Shown: positions 23,694-35,789, counted from the whole stretch's first letter. The stretch: DNA of 63,365 bases, filler included, from Globobulimina sp. (GCA_003354225.1; 55 parts of 55 records of this genome joined end to end with filler, not necessarily neighbours in it); one strand, 5' to 3'. Program-made: numbers and translations. The notes: generated from the sequence alone by a model not told the origin.

Positions 23694-25641
23694 CAATTAA
23701 ACCGTTTTTGTATTTGTATTTTGTAAGATAATAGCATTAGCAAAAAATACTTGAGCGATTAGCAATACTACAGACTCACGGATTGCTGCATCCCTTCAAA
23801 ATCTCACGGGGATGTTGCAGTACTCAGAGAGTCTGGAATCTGGCTTACGTCCTGATTTAGAAAACTTCACAACTGTGAGGTTAAAGGGTTAGTTCCTTAC
23901 GAACTACTGTACTTTATCAAAATAATATTACACGATAGATGAAAATACTGAAACTTCAATATCTAATCGATGAAAACCAACAGAGAATTCAAAAACTTTT
24001 AGCGGGCTGTAGTTTTACAATATTTATGTACATGTTACTCGCTGCTGTAGTATCTACATTATTGACAAACGAAAAGTATGCATCAAATATATCAGCCATT
24101 GCTACAAATTCCACATCACCGATATTAACCGACGGAGCACCAAATGTATNNNNNNNNNNNNNNNNNNNNNNNNNNNNNNNNNNNNNNNNNNNNTTAATTA
24201 ATTAANNNNNNNNNNNNNNNNNNNNNNNNNNNNNNNNNNNNNNNNNNNNTCTTAATGACGTATTTATTTATGTGCCAAGTCTAATTTTTGCGGTGAGCGC
24301 TGTTTTAAACCGCGTACTGCGGTGATGCGCCTTTTGGCGTTGCGTCTTTACGTATCTGGTAGTTACGAATCGACACAGTCCCGAAACGGCAAAGTCCCGA
24401 AATGGCAAAGTCCCGCGCCGCGCTCAAACAGCGCCCAGAGTACGGTATGTTGTATACGGTACAAAAAAATATACCATGCAAAGAAAAAAGAAAAAATGCA
24501 GAAAACTAAAACAAAAACAACGATTTTTTATCCAACAAATATTTTATCAAGCAAAAACAAATTTTTTAGCAGACAAATAATAATGCTATCAATATGGGGA
24601 AGAATAACGACACAAAATAAGCATTTAAGAAATGCATCAAAAATACGAGTATTATAATTATCATTTAGAAATCAATAAATTTGAATAATATTTGTTTCAT
24701 TTCAATGATTCAGGAAATCGACGGCAAGATGGTCGGCCAAATGTCTTTCATGGAATTGAGTAAGCCTTTCCTTGACCCCCGTTTCGGCTTGCAAATGAAG
24801 AGGGAAGAAATACGGATATCGTTTGATCACACAACTAAATCGGGTATGTGTGAGTCGATATTGCATATTCCCAGGAGCAGACCATTTATTTTGACTTGGT
24901 ATCCAAAATCTTTCCAAATGAGCTATTGCTATATCATCTGGAGGAGCAGCGCCTTCTGGGAAATGTGTCTGAAATAGTGGAATGTTGCTAAACACTTACA
25001 ACTATGTATGTAAATCATAGGTGCTCCATGGGGGTTTGGGGGTGGGGGTTTTTACCCCCCAACTAAATTGCGTTTGGTCGGTCGGCCTGGGGGGTGAAAG
25101 CTGATCGGATTGGCCCAATTTGGGGGGGGTCAAGCCAAAAAATTCGCCAAAAAAGGCTAGGGTGCTATTTTTGGTCTAAAATGGGTAAATTTTCGCCGAA
25201 ACGGCTATTTGTAAGCATTTTTGGAGTAAATAATTACTACTTTAACAAGTGTCTAACAATAACTAACTTTTCTTCAGGACTAGTTTGTGTGAGATCAATT
25301 AATNNNNNNNNNNNNNNNNNNNNNNNNNNNNNNNNNNNNNNNNNNNNTTAATTAATTAANNNNNNNNNNNNNNNNNNNNNNNNNNNNNNNNNNNNNNNNN
25401 NNNTTATTTAAAAAATAAATAAAAAAAAAATAAAATAAATTTTAACAATAAAAAAAAAAAAAAAAAAATAAAAAAAAAAAAATTTAGTTTCAACTGAAAA
25501 AAAAAATGTCACATTTCAGTTTCAAACTGAAAAAGCAAACGTCATTCAACATTTTTTCAGTTTCAAACTGGAAAATACTTGTATGATGATATTTTTTTTT
25601 GTTTGCTAACTACAAATTATATTATACGCAAATTCGCATAG

Positions 25642-26457
25642 GTTCAGCATACAGCAAAAACGCGCAATTGGATGAATTTAAAAACGATATGAAACGCGTC
25701 GGTCTGTTCCGTTCTCGCGTAATGAAAAGAATGCATAACATCAAATTGGCCGCATCGCAGAGATACGGCGCAATGATCTATAAACATTGCTTGGTGATGG
25801 ATTTGGACAATTTTAACTCTAAACAATTCTTTAAAGATCGCAAATTCCATGAACAAAATACCAAGGATGTCTCGGATCTGTTCCCCGAAGTCTTGCATCG
25901 TTTATATATTATAAATGCGCCGTGGGCCTTCCGTTCCGCATGGAAAGTGATCCAAACGTTTTTGCATCCCATCACTGTGGAAAAGACCAAGATTTTGGGC
26001 AATGATTATATTGATACGTTGGGGAAAGATATTGATTTGGATATGATCCCATATCGATTTGGTGGCATTGGACCATGGGAAGTTGTGTACGGCGCCGAGC
26101 CATTGTCGTATCCATTGCGTTCATGTGATAATGACTTTGAGTACAATGCCTTGCCAAAGCAACGCAGACCGCTTCCACCGCGGAGTCGGGTGCCGGATAT
26201 GAATAAACATAAGAAAAAAATGGAGAAACAAATGAAGGAAAGCGGGATAACGACTGCCATGCAGCAGTATGAAGCGAATAACGCGACATTCTGTATTGAG
26301 GAGGATGAGGAAGAGAAGAATGATTTTGATGGTGGCAAAATAGTGGGAAAGGATAAAAGTGAATTTCAAACGCAATCTGCTCCGAATTTAAACCTCTTGT
26401 CACAAAAGCGCCACGGTGAAACTTTTTTAAATGGGTTTTACTACAAATTGTCAGTTT
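25642..26457 (+). CDS. SEC14/CRAL-TRIO lipid-binding domain protein exon
   Basis: LVMDLDNF...FPEVLHRLYIINAPWAFRSAWKVIQTFLHPITVEKTKILG...IPYRFGG; acceptor CATAG ends at 25641. Confidence 0.92.
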
Positions 26458-26698
26458 NNNNNNNNNNNNNNNNNNNNNNNNNNNNNNNNNNNNNNNNNNN
26501 NTTAATTAATTAANNNNNNNNNNNNNNNNNNNNNNNNNNNNNNNNNNNNNNNNNNNNCACCTTCAACCATCAATTTCTTCATTAATAGACAATGTAAAAC
26601 CAGTTCTCAAATTTTATTTGAAATGCAATAATCACTCCGATCCATCCGGCCATTCACTTAAATCGATCCAATATTGTATTTCAAATAAAATTGCGATA

Positions 26699-27611
26699 TT
26701 AAACTGGTTTTACTGATTCCAAATCTTTTAAATTGTGCTTATCACTCAATTCACAAAACTCAATCATTATATTCAGGTTATATTTATATTCATTGTCCTT
26801 ATCATATCTATATTGATAATAATTTGTTAAAACATTATGTAAATATCTTTTAAATACCATAAATTCATATAAATTTCTGACATTTGCATCCATTCTCTTT
26901 CCATTCACTTGCAACAATTTATATTCTCCATATTCTTGCCCTGCTATTTTGATTATTTTCCTTTCCAAATCGGGATGAAAATTACTTAAAAACACTCCTT
27001 TATTTTCAACATATTGCAAATGCGTACATCCCAATGTCGGATATGGCCACTCATTAATTTGAATCAGTTTTTTCTTTTCTTTCTCTTTTCGAATTCTGGA
27101 CAAATCAAAAATATATGACACCACACGACAGCCATTTGGCACAGAGTTGGATAATATATTTGTAACCATTGGCATTATTTTGGGCAATAAAAACAAAAAA
27201 ACAATGGTAGCTCTACGTAATATTTGCCTGCATTTCAATGATTTAAAATCGCATTCAATTATCTCTACCAAATGAGTTAAATTATTTTGAATTACATTAT
27301 TCCGCGCTTTTGTAGCTACCAAAGGCTGTATTTCAATGCCTATACATTTACATTTTGCTTGTTTGGCCGCAGCAATTAATACTCGGCCATCACCGCAGCC
27401 TAAATCCACAATAATATCATTGTCATTCGGTGCTGCAAGTTCCACAAATTTATCAATGCAATTGTCCGATGCTGGAACGAATGGAGAATCATTCTTATCT
27501 TCTTTTACATCAATTCCTTGTTCACGACGTTTAGCTTCAATCAATTTTTTTAATCGTTCTTTTCTTGCTGCATTGATTAATACTTTCTTGAATTTTGATA
27601 AAATTGCTTGT
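26699..27611 (-). CDS. Class I SAM-dependent methyltransferase (FAM173/ATPSCKMT-like), 5'-partial
   Basis: SPFVPA...IVDLGCGDGRVLIAAA...GIEI...ATIVFLFLLP...GCRVVSYIF. Confidence 0.85.
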
Positions 27612-27711
27612 NNNNNNNNNNNNNNNNNNNNNNNNNNNNNNNNNNNNNNNNNNNNTTAATTAATTAANNNNNNNNNNNNNNNNNNNNNNNNNNNNNNNNN
27701 NNNNNNNNNNN

Positions 27712-27817
27712 ATGCCCACTGAATCCGCATCAATGTCCACTGAATCCACATCAATGCCCACTGAATCCGCATCAATGTCCACTGAATCCACATCAATGTC
27801 CACTGAATTCCGCATCC
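27712..27817 (+). repeat. 21-bp tandem repeat, about 5 copies
   Basis: Unit ATG(C/T)CCACTGAATCC(G/A)CATCA, with alternating variants forming a 42-bp higher-order unit. Confidence 0.92.
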
Positions 27818-27957
27818 TTGCACTTTTTGTGATTTATAATAATATTTTGTTTAGTTTTTAATGTGTTTTGTTTTGTTTTATTGTTTTTGTTGTTGCAAAC
27901 GTTCGTTAACTACTGCTAGTCCTAACTACTAGTCCTAACTACTAAGCTGGTCTCTGA

Positions 27958-28765
27958 GTGAATCAACAGAACACACGCACCATGTCTGAGCAATCAAAGA
28001 AAGAGAAACTAGCTCCTGCACCAAAGATCAGAGCAAGGGTTTGCAAAAAAAGGAAGATTGAACGCAACACATTGAAACGAAGTATACATATTCGACGCAA
28101 CACAACTACACCTTCCAATTCTCAACGTAGCGAGTTCAGAGTCAGAACTAACGCAGCAACAACAACTAAAACAAATGTAAAGCCTGCACAAATTCCTCAT
28201 CGTACATCATCTGAAGCGACTAGTTCACGCAGCCGAACTGAAACGACTAGTTCATATTTATTGCAGTCAGCTGATGATGATCCAAATAATACAAATAATA
28301 CATCCATTAGTGATGACATGGCAGTTGCATGGAGTGAGGAACCATATTTTGAAAATGTTCCTCCTCAATATTTTGAACCATATTTTGAAAATAATCCATC
28401 TGAAACATTAGATGAATTTATTAAAAGTGAACAAAAAGAAAATGAATCCATGATATCACGCATTGCAGACATTGAACAGTTTAAATTATATCATTATGCA
28501 CTGAAAATAACTGATACGCCAATTATTGCACTAGCTTGCAATCAGTGGATTGTTCCAGCTTTTAACTGTGCAAAGAATGAACTCGTACCACATAAATATT
28601 ATCATGTTACGTATCTGTCAGATGGATATACGTGCTCTTGCAACGAAGAAGATTATCAGACAATGTGTTGTAATCATGTCTCTTTGATTGAGTTGGTTGG
28701 TGATAGTGATAATCCCACAGAATTAATATACCAAGAACACGAAAAACATGTGCAAGAGTTTGAAA
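27958..28765 (+). CDS. SWIM zinc-finger protein, possibly a transposase N-terminus, 3'-partial
   Basis: YHVTYLSDGYTCSCNEEDYQTMCCNHV fits the SWIM CxC...CxH pattern; intronless, with a low-complexity N-terminus. Confidence 0.6.
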
Positions 28766-28866
28766 NNNNNNNNNNNNNNNNNNNNNNNNNNNNNNNNNNN
28801 NNNNNNNNNTTAATTAATTAANNNNNNNNNNNNNNNNNNNNNNNNNNNNNNNNNNNNNNNNNNNNG

Positions 28867-29697
28867 TTCACAATCAAAGAATTGACAGACAAACGAATAA
28901 CAAATTTTTCATCTCAATCTTACAAACATTTAAATTTGGTTTGCCAATTTGCGCCAAATTACAGAATCACACAATTTCAGTTTAAGTCAATTCGGGAAAT
29001 AAATAAATTGAAAGCAAATAACAAAGCATTGCATGATTTGATTGGTATTGACGGCCATCGCATTGATTATGAATTATTACTTTGTGGATTTATTCGGCAA
29101 ATAAAAGATAATTATATTTATTTAAACACATCGCAAGATATCATAAATTTAATTAAATCATTCATAAAATTGTTTATTACTTCGCATAAAATGAAGTATG
29201 AAAATAAAAAAGTGAATAATGATAATGTGAAAGTTTACGATTTGTGGGAATTGCCATTTGTGAACAGAAAGGATTTTCATGTTTGGAGGGAAGTATTTCA
29301 ATATGTAAATGCATTGATGTTTGTTTGTGATATATCGCAATATGACGAATTTTATGAATATGACAAAAGTATAAATAAATTGAAGCATTCCATGGATTTA
29401 TTTGAGAAATTGGCGAATGACAAACAATTATCTGGTATTTCAAAAATTATTTTTTTAAATAAATTGGATGTTTTTAAAGAAAAAATGGAAATCAATAAAA
29501 TTTCGTTGACAGAATGTCCAGTATTCTCAGTGTGTGATAACATAAATGGTTATAATCATAAATCAGCGCTGGAAGCAATAAAAAGAAAATTTAAAAATGA
29601 CTACGACAAAGTTTATTTTTGTGAAACCATCGGAATAGATCAGAAGAGTGGTTTTAGTGCGTGGTTGAGCATAAAACGTATATTGGCATATTTATAA
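28867..29697 (+). CDS. Degenerate heterotrimeric G-protein alpha-like protein, 5'-partial
   Basis: WREVFQYVNALMFVCDISQYDE...NKLKHSMDLF...IIFLNKLDVFKEK...VYFCETIGID matches the G-alpha C-terminal half; DVGGQ is replaced by DLWEL. Confidence 0.85.
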   Translation, partial: FTIKELTDKRITNFSSQSYKHLNLVCQFAPNYRITQFQFKSIREINKLKANNKALHDLIGIDGHRIDYELLLCGFIRQIKDNYIYLNTSQDIINLIKSFIKLFITSHKMKYENKKVNNDNVKVYDLWELPFVNRKDFHVWREVFQYVNALMFVCDISQYDEFYEYDKSINKLKHSMDLFEKLANDKQLSGISKIIFLNKLDVFKEKMEINKISLTECPVFSVCDNINGYNHKSALEAIKRKFKNDYDKVYFCETIGIDQKSGFSAWLSIKRILAYL

Positions 29698-31213
29698 AGT
29701 AAATATTACATGGAAAGCATTATTAAAACAAAAAGTCTTCGGACTGAGTGTATTATAGTTTGGCCTTCAACGGCATGTTTGTTTGAGACGACTGTTGTTT
29801 TAAATCCATATAATATTTAAAATCCGTTTCGTAAAACTTACATCGTATCATTTGATCAACAGTATCTCAATTATTCCAATCTCCGACAATTCCCTTCCTA
29901 AAAAAGTCTAAACCAACACNNNNNNNNNNNNNNNNNNNNNNNNNNNNNNNNNNNNNNNNNNNNTTAATTAATTAANNNNNNNNNNNNNNNNNNNNNNNNN
30001 NNNNNNNNNNNNNNNNNNNTTCCTTTATGCGGCATTTTGAGAAACGACCTGAATATATCACCTATTATCCGCCTGCTTCACTGATTGATGTGTTTAGTAA
30101 TAGTTAAGTCAGAATGTTGCTATATTTGTATTCATTTATAAGTGTTTTTTATAGTCACAGTCGACGAGAAAGAGCGCTCAGTGACTGTGGAGACAACGGA
30201 TGGAGTAAAGACGCGAATAGATGCAGTGGACCAATTGTTTGAGTTAGCTTCAATGACATTGGATTACAGCAATTTTTATGGATATAATGAGCAGAATAAT
30301 AACCATAATAAGCTCGAAATAAATGATGAATATCAGCTCAATGAAGCGTCTTTTTTACAAAGAGATGTTGATGTTTCTGTATTAAGTTCGTTGCCGGAGG
30401 ATGATGGTAATAATTATCAATGCAATCTTTCATGGCAATGAATATTTTTATATCTTTGTACATATATATTATTGTATGTATTGATTTTAATGTATAGTAA
30501 CTACCTTCGTTGTTGCTATACATTAAAATGTTTTATTTTTATAGATTTTCTTCTTTTTTTGCTTTACTTTAGACTGTTTTTTTGTTTTTTTTTTTCATTT
30601 TTTAATTTCTTTCTGTAGCTAGGATTTATCATTTATTCATTGTTTAAATTTTGAATATATATTTTTTTCGTGTGATTTTTTTATTATTTGTAGTTGAATT
30701 TCTAATTCTATGTTGAATGAGATTGATTGATATGGAAATGTTAATTTTCCTTTGTTTACCACAACGCGCATATTTGTACTTTGTAGCAAAGTGTTATTAG
30801 GTGACAACTTTCCTATTATGGGTACCGGTTGTTCTTATATTGTGCAATATAAACTGGGACATAGGTATCCTTATATAAATCATGAGTAAAGTAGAATATT
30901 TAAACTAGTTTTTTTGTTTTCAAACTCCTGCAAAAAGCACAATCAGACAATCATGTCACCGTATTCAATTTTTGTATTTCTAGCACAGCATTCGTTAGGT
31001 TTAACTATTGCAGTGATTACAATGGTATTTGTTTTCGTAATAATGAGAGCAAAGTATGCATATTTCTTATTTCNNNNNNNNNNNNNNNNNNNNNNNNNNN
31101 NNNNNNNNNNNNNNNNNTTAATTAATTAANNNNNNNNNNNNNNNNNNNNNNNNNNNNNNNNNNNNNNNNNNNNTTAAAACAACTTTAATTGAGAAACTGT
31201 AATATAAAAATAT

Positions 31214-32227
31214 ATGACCCCACCAAAACATTTTCTAATTGTGTGTGGTACGCGCCCATCATTTATAAAACTACTTCCAATCGCCATTGAACTAAATAAA
31301 CGACGCGTCAATTATACGTTTCTATTTACCGGACAACACTATACGTTAATTGAACCATATCTCCCCCTTGCGCGTGATGCGGGTATCGATATTGTGAGAA
31401 TGCCAAATCGCGTTGAGAGCGACGATGTGCGTAATATAAATACTACATTCATTAGTGTCATGCAAAATCTAAATGAGCATTATTGTCAAAATCCCCAAAT
31501 TACAGACATAATCGTACAGGGTGATACAATGAGTACATGGGGTGGCGCGTGGTTTGGTTATATGAACCGTCTTCGCATTCATCATGTGGAAAGTGGTTTA
31601 ATGACACGCAGCATATTTAATCCATTTCCCGAAGAGGGTTTTCGGCGCAGTATTGCCCTCATCGCCAATAATCTTTTCTGCCCGAATAGTACATGCGAGG
31701 AAAATATTCGCAATATTGTGGGAGAACATAGTCGCACACATGTTGTGGGAAACACAATTGTTGATGCATATCATTTTATCGCGCGGCGCATAAACGATAA
31801 TGATATTCGCATTTATGATAAGCCGTTTTTCCTCATCACCCTCCACCGACGCGAGGCGGATATGTTGCGACTGATGGAAAGTTTGCGTCATATTGCGAAT
31901 ATTTGGGGCGACAAATATGATTTTATTTTCCCAATGCATCCGGGTGTGAGAAAGTATGAGAATATTTTGGTCGATAATGATGCAATTAAAATTATCGAAC
32001 CTGTGGGACATATGGATTTTCTAAAACTCATGACTGATTGCGCGGGAGTTATTACTGATAGTGGGGGCGTTCATGAGGAAGCATATCTTATGGGGCGGCG
32101 CGTTTATGTGTGTCGGGGTGAAAGTGAGAGGCGTGATTTACTTTGTGATGGACGTTGTGGAGTTATGAGTACATATTTGAACGATAATACACTGAATCCA
32201 ACAATTAGAAATTTAATAATCATTTTT
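31214..32227 (+). CDS. wecB: UDP-N-acetylglucosamine 2-epimerase (non-hydrolysing), 3'-partial
   Basis: GTRPSFIK, TGQH, VQGDT, HVESGL, PFPEE, GNTIVDA, TLHRRE and TDSGGVHEEA motifs; intronless. Confidence 0.95.
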
Positions 32228-32327
32228 NNNNNNNNNNNNNNNNNNNNNNNNNNNNNNNNNNNNNNNNNNNNTTAATTAATTAANNNNNNNNNNNNNNNNN
32301 NNNNNNNNNNNNNNNNNNNNNNNNNNN

Positions 32328-32961
32328 CTAAGTTTTGTGCTATATCTACGAAATTTAAATCATCAAATCCATTATAGAAAAATTCATAATGAAATGTAAC
32401 GGGTAAAATCATTATTTCATTTTCATTTTCCCAATCTAATGATATTTCACCAATCTCGCTAGGAAACATTTTTATAAATGTGAAATCCATTGTAGGATTC
32501 AGTGATAAGTTATGATTATCATAAACTAATAAATGAGAACCATCAGATTGATAATCATCTGGATAACTCGATTGATTGTTAAATGGGTTTCGTATAATAT
32601 CTTGCCATGATTTAAAAAATTGATACACTAACAGTTGACTATCTACATAAAATTCCAATGTAATAGGATCATAATCCCGATCTGAAGCGGATTTATAATA
32701 TTTACCTGACACATGATGCTCTTCAACATTGTAAGCCGAACTCGGTATAACAGCCTTTTTACAAGCAAATACCATTAATTCTCTTTGAACTGCGTCTAAT
32801 CCAGTATTAATAACCTGATTTATTAAACCACCCCTTATAGTAGATCCTATATCTGAATTATTCATCTTAGGTGGTGGTTGTATAATCATAGAAAATCTAT
32901 TTGTAGGTGCAAATCCAGTTAATGATCTTACAGCTTTAAAATACTTCAATGAGGTAGTCAT
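32328..32961 (-). CDS. gp54: T4-like phage baseplate/tail-tube initiator (gp54, gp19 superfamily), 3'-partial
   Basis: GFAPTNRFSMII...YDPITLEFYVD...VYQFFKSWQD...YPDDY...FPSEIGEISLDW...LPVTFHYE; TAATG overlap with the upstream gene. Confidence 0.8.
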
Positions 32962-33381
32962 TAAGATAATTCTCCTAAACTTTTAGTTATATCATTTACA
33001 AGTGGTATAACTAGATCCCTACTAATAACCGCAATTGTAGATTTCAATTCATTCTCTGCATATAACTCATCAAAAATTACAGTATATTGTGCTATTGTAT
33101 AATCCTCACCGTGTAGTAATATAGATCTCTTATCCGCATACGCTTCCAATTCGTCACTATCCATAGGCCAATCATAGTAAGGATCAAATATTTTATTGTA
33201 AATTAAAACTAACCACCATAATTCAGGATCACCATACACTTTTTCCGCTACTCGTTCCACTCTCATTCCATATGGAACTTTAACTCTGTAAAATGTATCA
33301 GCACTTCTAAATTGAGGTGGAACAACATACCAAAAGAAAATATCACTCATCTCTTGTTCTGAGAATGTATATGTACCTAAT
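32961..33381 (-). CDS. gp53: T4-like phage baseplate wedge subunit gp53, probably 5'-partial
   Basis: GMRVERVAEKVYGDPELWWLVLIYNKIFDPYYDWPMDSDELEAY is the gp53 LysM-like signature; frame open to the contig edge. Confidence 0.88.
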
Positions 33382-33556
33382 NNNNNNNNNNNNNNNNNNN
33401 NNNNNNNNNNNNNNNNNNNNNNNNNTTAATTAATTAANNNNNNNNNNNNNNNNNNNNNNNNNNNNNNNNNNNNNNNNNNNNGCACATGTTTGCGTTGACC
33501 AACATGTACAAAATGATACAAATGCAAAAACATTAAAGGATTTATGTGTTCTTTAT

Positions 33557-34171
33557 TTGGATGAGAGCATGGTATTAAAAAAAGAATTTGATGGTGATAT
33601 AGGTGAGAGATATTATTGGAGCTATAAAAATATAGAAAATAATGAAATGTATTATATAAAATATAATGAATATTATAGATTTTGGGTGTTTGGTAATATA
33701 GAAATTAATGATAATATGGATAGTAATATTTATATTTTATATTGCATGGAATATGATACATTATATCCGATTAATTGTACAAATTGGTACTATAATAATG
33801 GAATAATGGTTGTGCAAAATGATGTATTCGTTGTGGATGAATGTGTACAAAATCTAAGCAAAGGAATGGATAAAAAAGTAATACTTCTATTTATTTTATC
33901 AGTGATTGGATTAATTGCGCTAATTATTTGTTCATTTGTATGCTATTATAAAGGAATGCAAATATGGCGAAGAAAACAAGCGTTAGCGATTCTGAATTTG
34001 ACTACAACCTCAAATGATGAGCATGATGATCATGATAATTCATCGATATCAGGATATAATAATAATATTAATATAAATATTGAATTAGCGCACAATACAA
34101 TGGATAACAACCATTCAGATCGCCCTATTACGCCTGCACCAGCTTCACCAAATACGTCATACTGGGATTGA
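33557..34171 (+). CDS. Single-pass membrane protein, C-terminal region
   Basis: Tyr/Cys-rich ectodomain, TM segment (VILLFILSVIGLIALIICSFVCYY), basic stop-transfer and low-complexity tail. Confidence 0.55.
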   Translation: MDESMVLKKEFDGDIGERYYWSYKNIENNEMYYIKYNEYYRFWVFGNIEINDNMDSNIYILYCMEYDTLYPINCTNWYYNNGIMVVQNDVFVVDECVQNLSKGMDKKVILLFILSVIGLIALIICSFVCYYKGMQIWRRKQALAILNLTTTSNDEHDDHDNSSISGYNNNININIELAHNTMDNNHSDRPITPAPASPNTSYWD

Positions 34172-34635
34172 CGAGGATGACGATAATTTTTAGCATCTAA
34201 AATTCAAAACTAATGAATATATTTTTATTATGCCTTGCATTGTTATACTGTACATGTAAATATTTTGTTTAGCTGTTGACGATGACTCGTCGATGAGTTC
34301 CGATACAATAGATTCCCATTTTTGCATAGGATCTATCGGAACTCATCGTTTGATGGTGCAGATTCTTACGAATATGAACTCATTATAATATAATTAATAT
34401 TGCGTCAATAAATACAACAATAATTAATTCAATTTTGCGTTAAGGGCAGTGAATCTATCTTGAAATGTTTGTTCAAATATTTCAAATTTTGACAAATCTT
34501 TATTTTTTTTTCTATTTCTTCTTCTTTTATTTCGTNNNNNNNNNNNNNNNNNNNNNNNNNNNNNNNNNNNNNNNNNNNNTTAATTAATTAANNNNNNNNN
34601 NNNNNNNNNNNNNNNNNNNNNNNNNNNNNNNNNNN

Positions 34636-34797
34636 GTATTTGGGTCCGATCTGATTAACTCCGGTGAGTCCGATCTGATATTTGATAATTTAGTATTTGG
34701 GTCCGATCTGATTAACTCCGGTGAGTCCGATCTGATATTTGATAATTTAGTATTTGGGTCCGATCTGATTAACTCCGGTGAGTCCGATCTGATATTA
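34636..34797. repeat. 57-bp tandem repeat, about 2.8 copies, cut by the contig edge
   Basis: Unit GTATTTGGGTCCGATCTGATTAACTCCGGTGAGTCCGATCTGATATTTGATAATTTA, containing GTCCGATCTGAT twice. Confidence 0.95.
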
Positions 34798-35540
34798 TAT
34801 GGTACATGTAAATGAGCTGGTTGGGTCTGTATTTTTTGTTTAAAATCTGTGAAATATCTTTTTATTTTATCTTTTTGTAGTTCCGTTGAATGAATAATTG
34901 GTATTAACATCATTAACATTAACATTAACTGACTGTGCATATTAATTGACTTTATCACAAATGTATACTTAGCAGCAATAGCTAGCTAGCTTGATTACTT
35001 GATTAGGATTATTGTTGATACTAAAACTGAGTTTCTTTATTTAGCATGAATGTATAAAAAGTGCTAAATATACCTTGGGATTTCATAATTATATTTGTAT
35101 TATATTATTATAATTTATATCATTTTACATTTTGTATTCATTTACACTTATTTTGCTAGAATAATAATTTAAGTATCTTATTCGGAACACCACTGTACGC
35201 CTTCTTCTGTTGCCTTTCCTTTTGCTTTTGGTGTGGTTTGTGTCGATGTTCATGTTCCTGTTCCTTTTGCAGTTGTTCTTCTATACCTTTTACTGTTTCT
35301 GTTTTTGTCCCTTTTGCCGTTGGTGCAGTCCTTTGTGTTGTTGTTGCTGTTCCCTTTGCCGTTGGTGTGGTAGTAGCAGTGACTACGCCTTGAAACCAAC
35401 GGGAAAAACGATGTGTGAATGCGAGTGCAAAGATATAAATAAAAAACTGGAAGTAACTGAAGTACTAACTCAAAAACTTCAAAATTAAATAGAGTTTTCC
35501 TATTTGACCTTGATTTTGCTCATGATCAACCTTTTTTAAT

Positions 35541-35689
35541 CATTTGTGAATTGTTAGAGAAAAAGCTTAAGTAAATGATCGTCTAATCCTTATTTATAAT
35601 ACAATACGATCTTTATTTACAGTTTCTAATGAAGACGAGAACATGAGACGAACATTTACTTAAGCTTTTTCTCTAACAATTCACAAATG
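35541..35689. repeat. 44-bp inverted repeat (35541-35584 / 35646-35689), MITE-like or hairpin
   Basis: CATTTGTGAATTGTTAGAGAAAAAGCTTAAGTAAATGATCGTCT pairs with AGACGAACATTTACTTAAGCTTTTTCTCTAACAATTCACAAATG with one mismatch; 61-bp loop. Confidence 0.88.
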
Positions 35690-35789
35690 NNNNNNNNNNN
35701 NNNNNNNNNNNNNNNNNNNNNNNNNNNNNNNNNTTAATTAATTAANNNNNNNNNNNNNNNNNNNNNNNNNNNNNNNNNNNNNNNNNNNN

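Noticed and set aside
23775..23910. Structured RNA (IscB/TnpB/Fanzor omega-RNA or group I intron piece)
   Set aside because: Only one imperfect hairpin (CTGCATCCC...GGGATGTTGCAG), no linked nuclease ORF, and one frame reads as plausible protein.
31174..33381. wecB next to phage baseplate genes as a phage glycosylation cluster
   Set aside because: They are on separate contigs joined only by length sorting.
34636..34797. CRISPR array
   Set aside because: Units are identical head-to-tail with no unique spacers, and no cas genes are seen. The same applies to 27712-27817 and 57494-57541.
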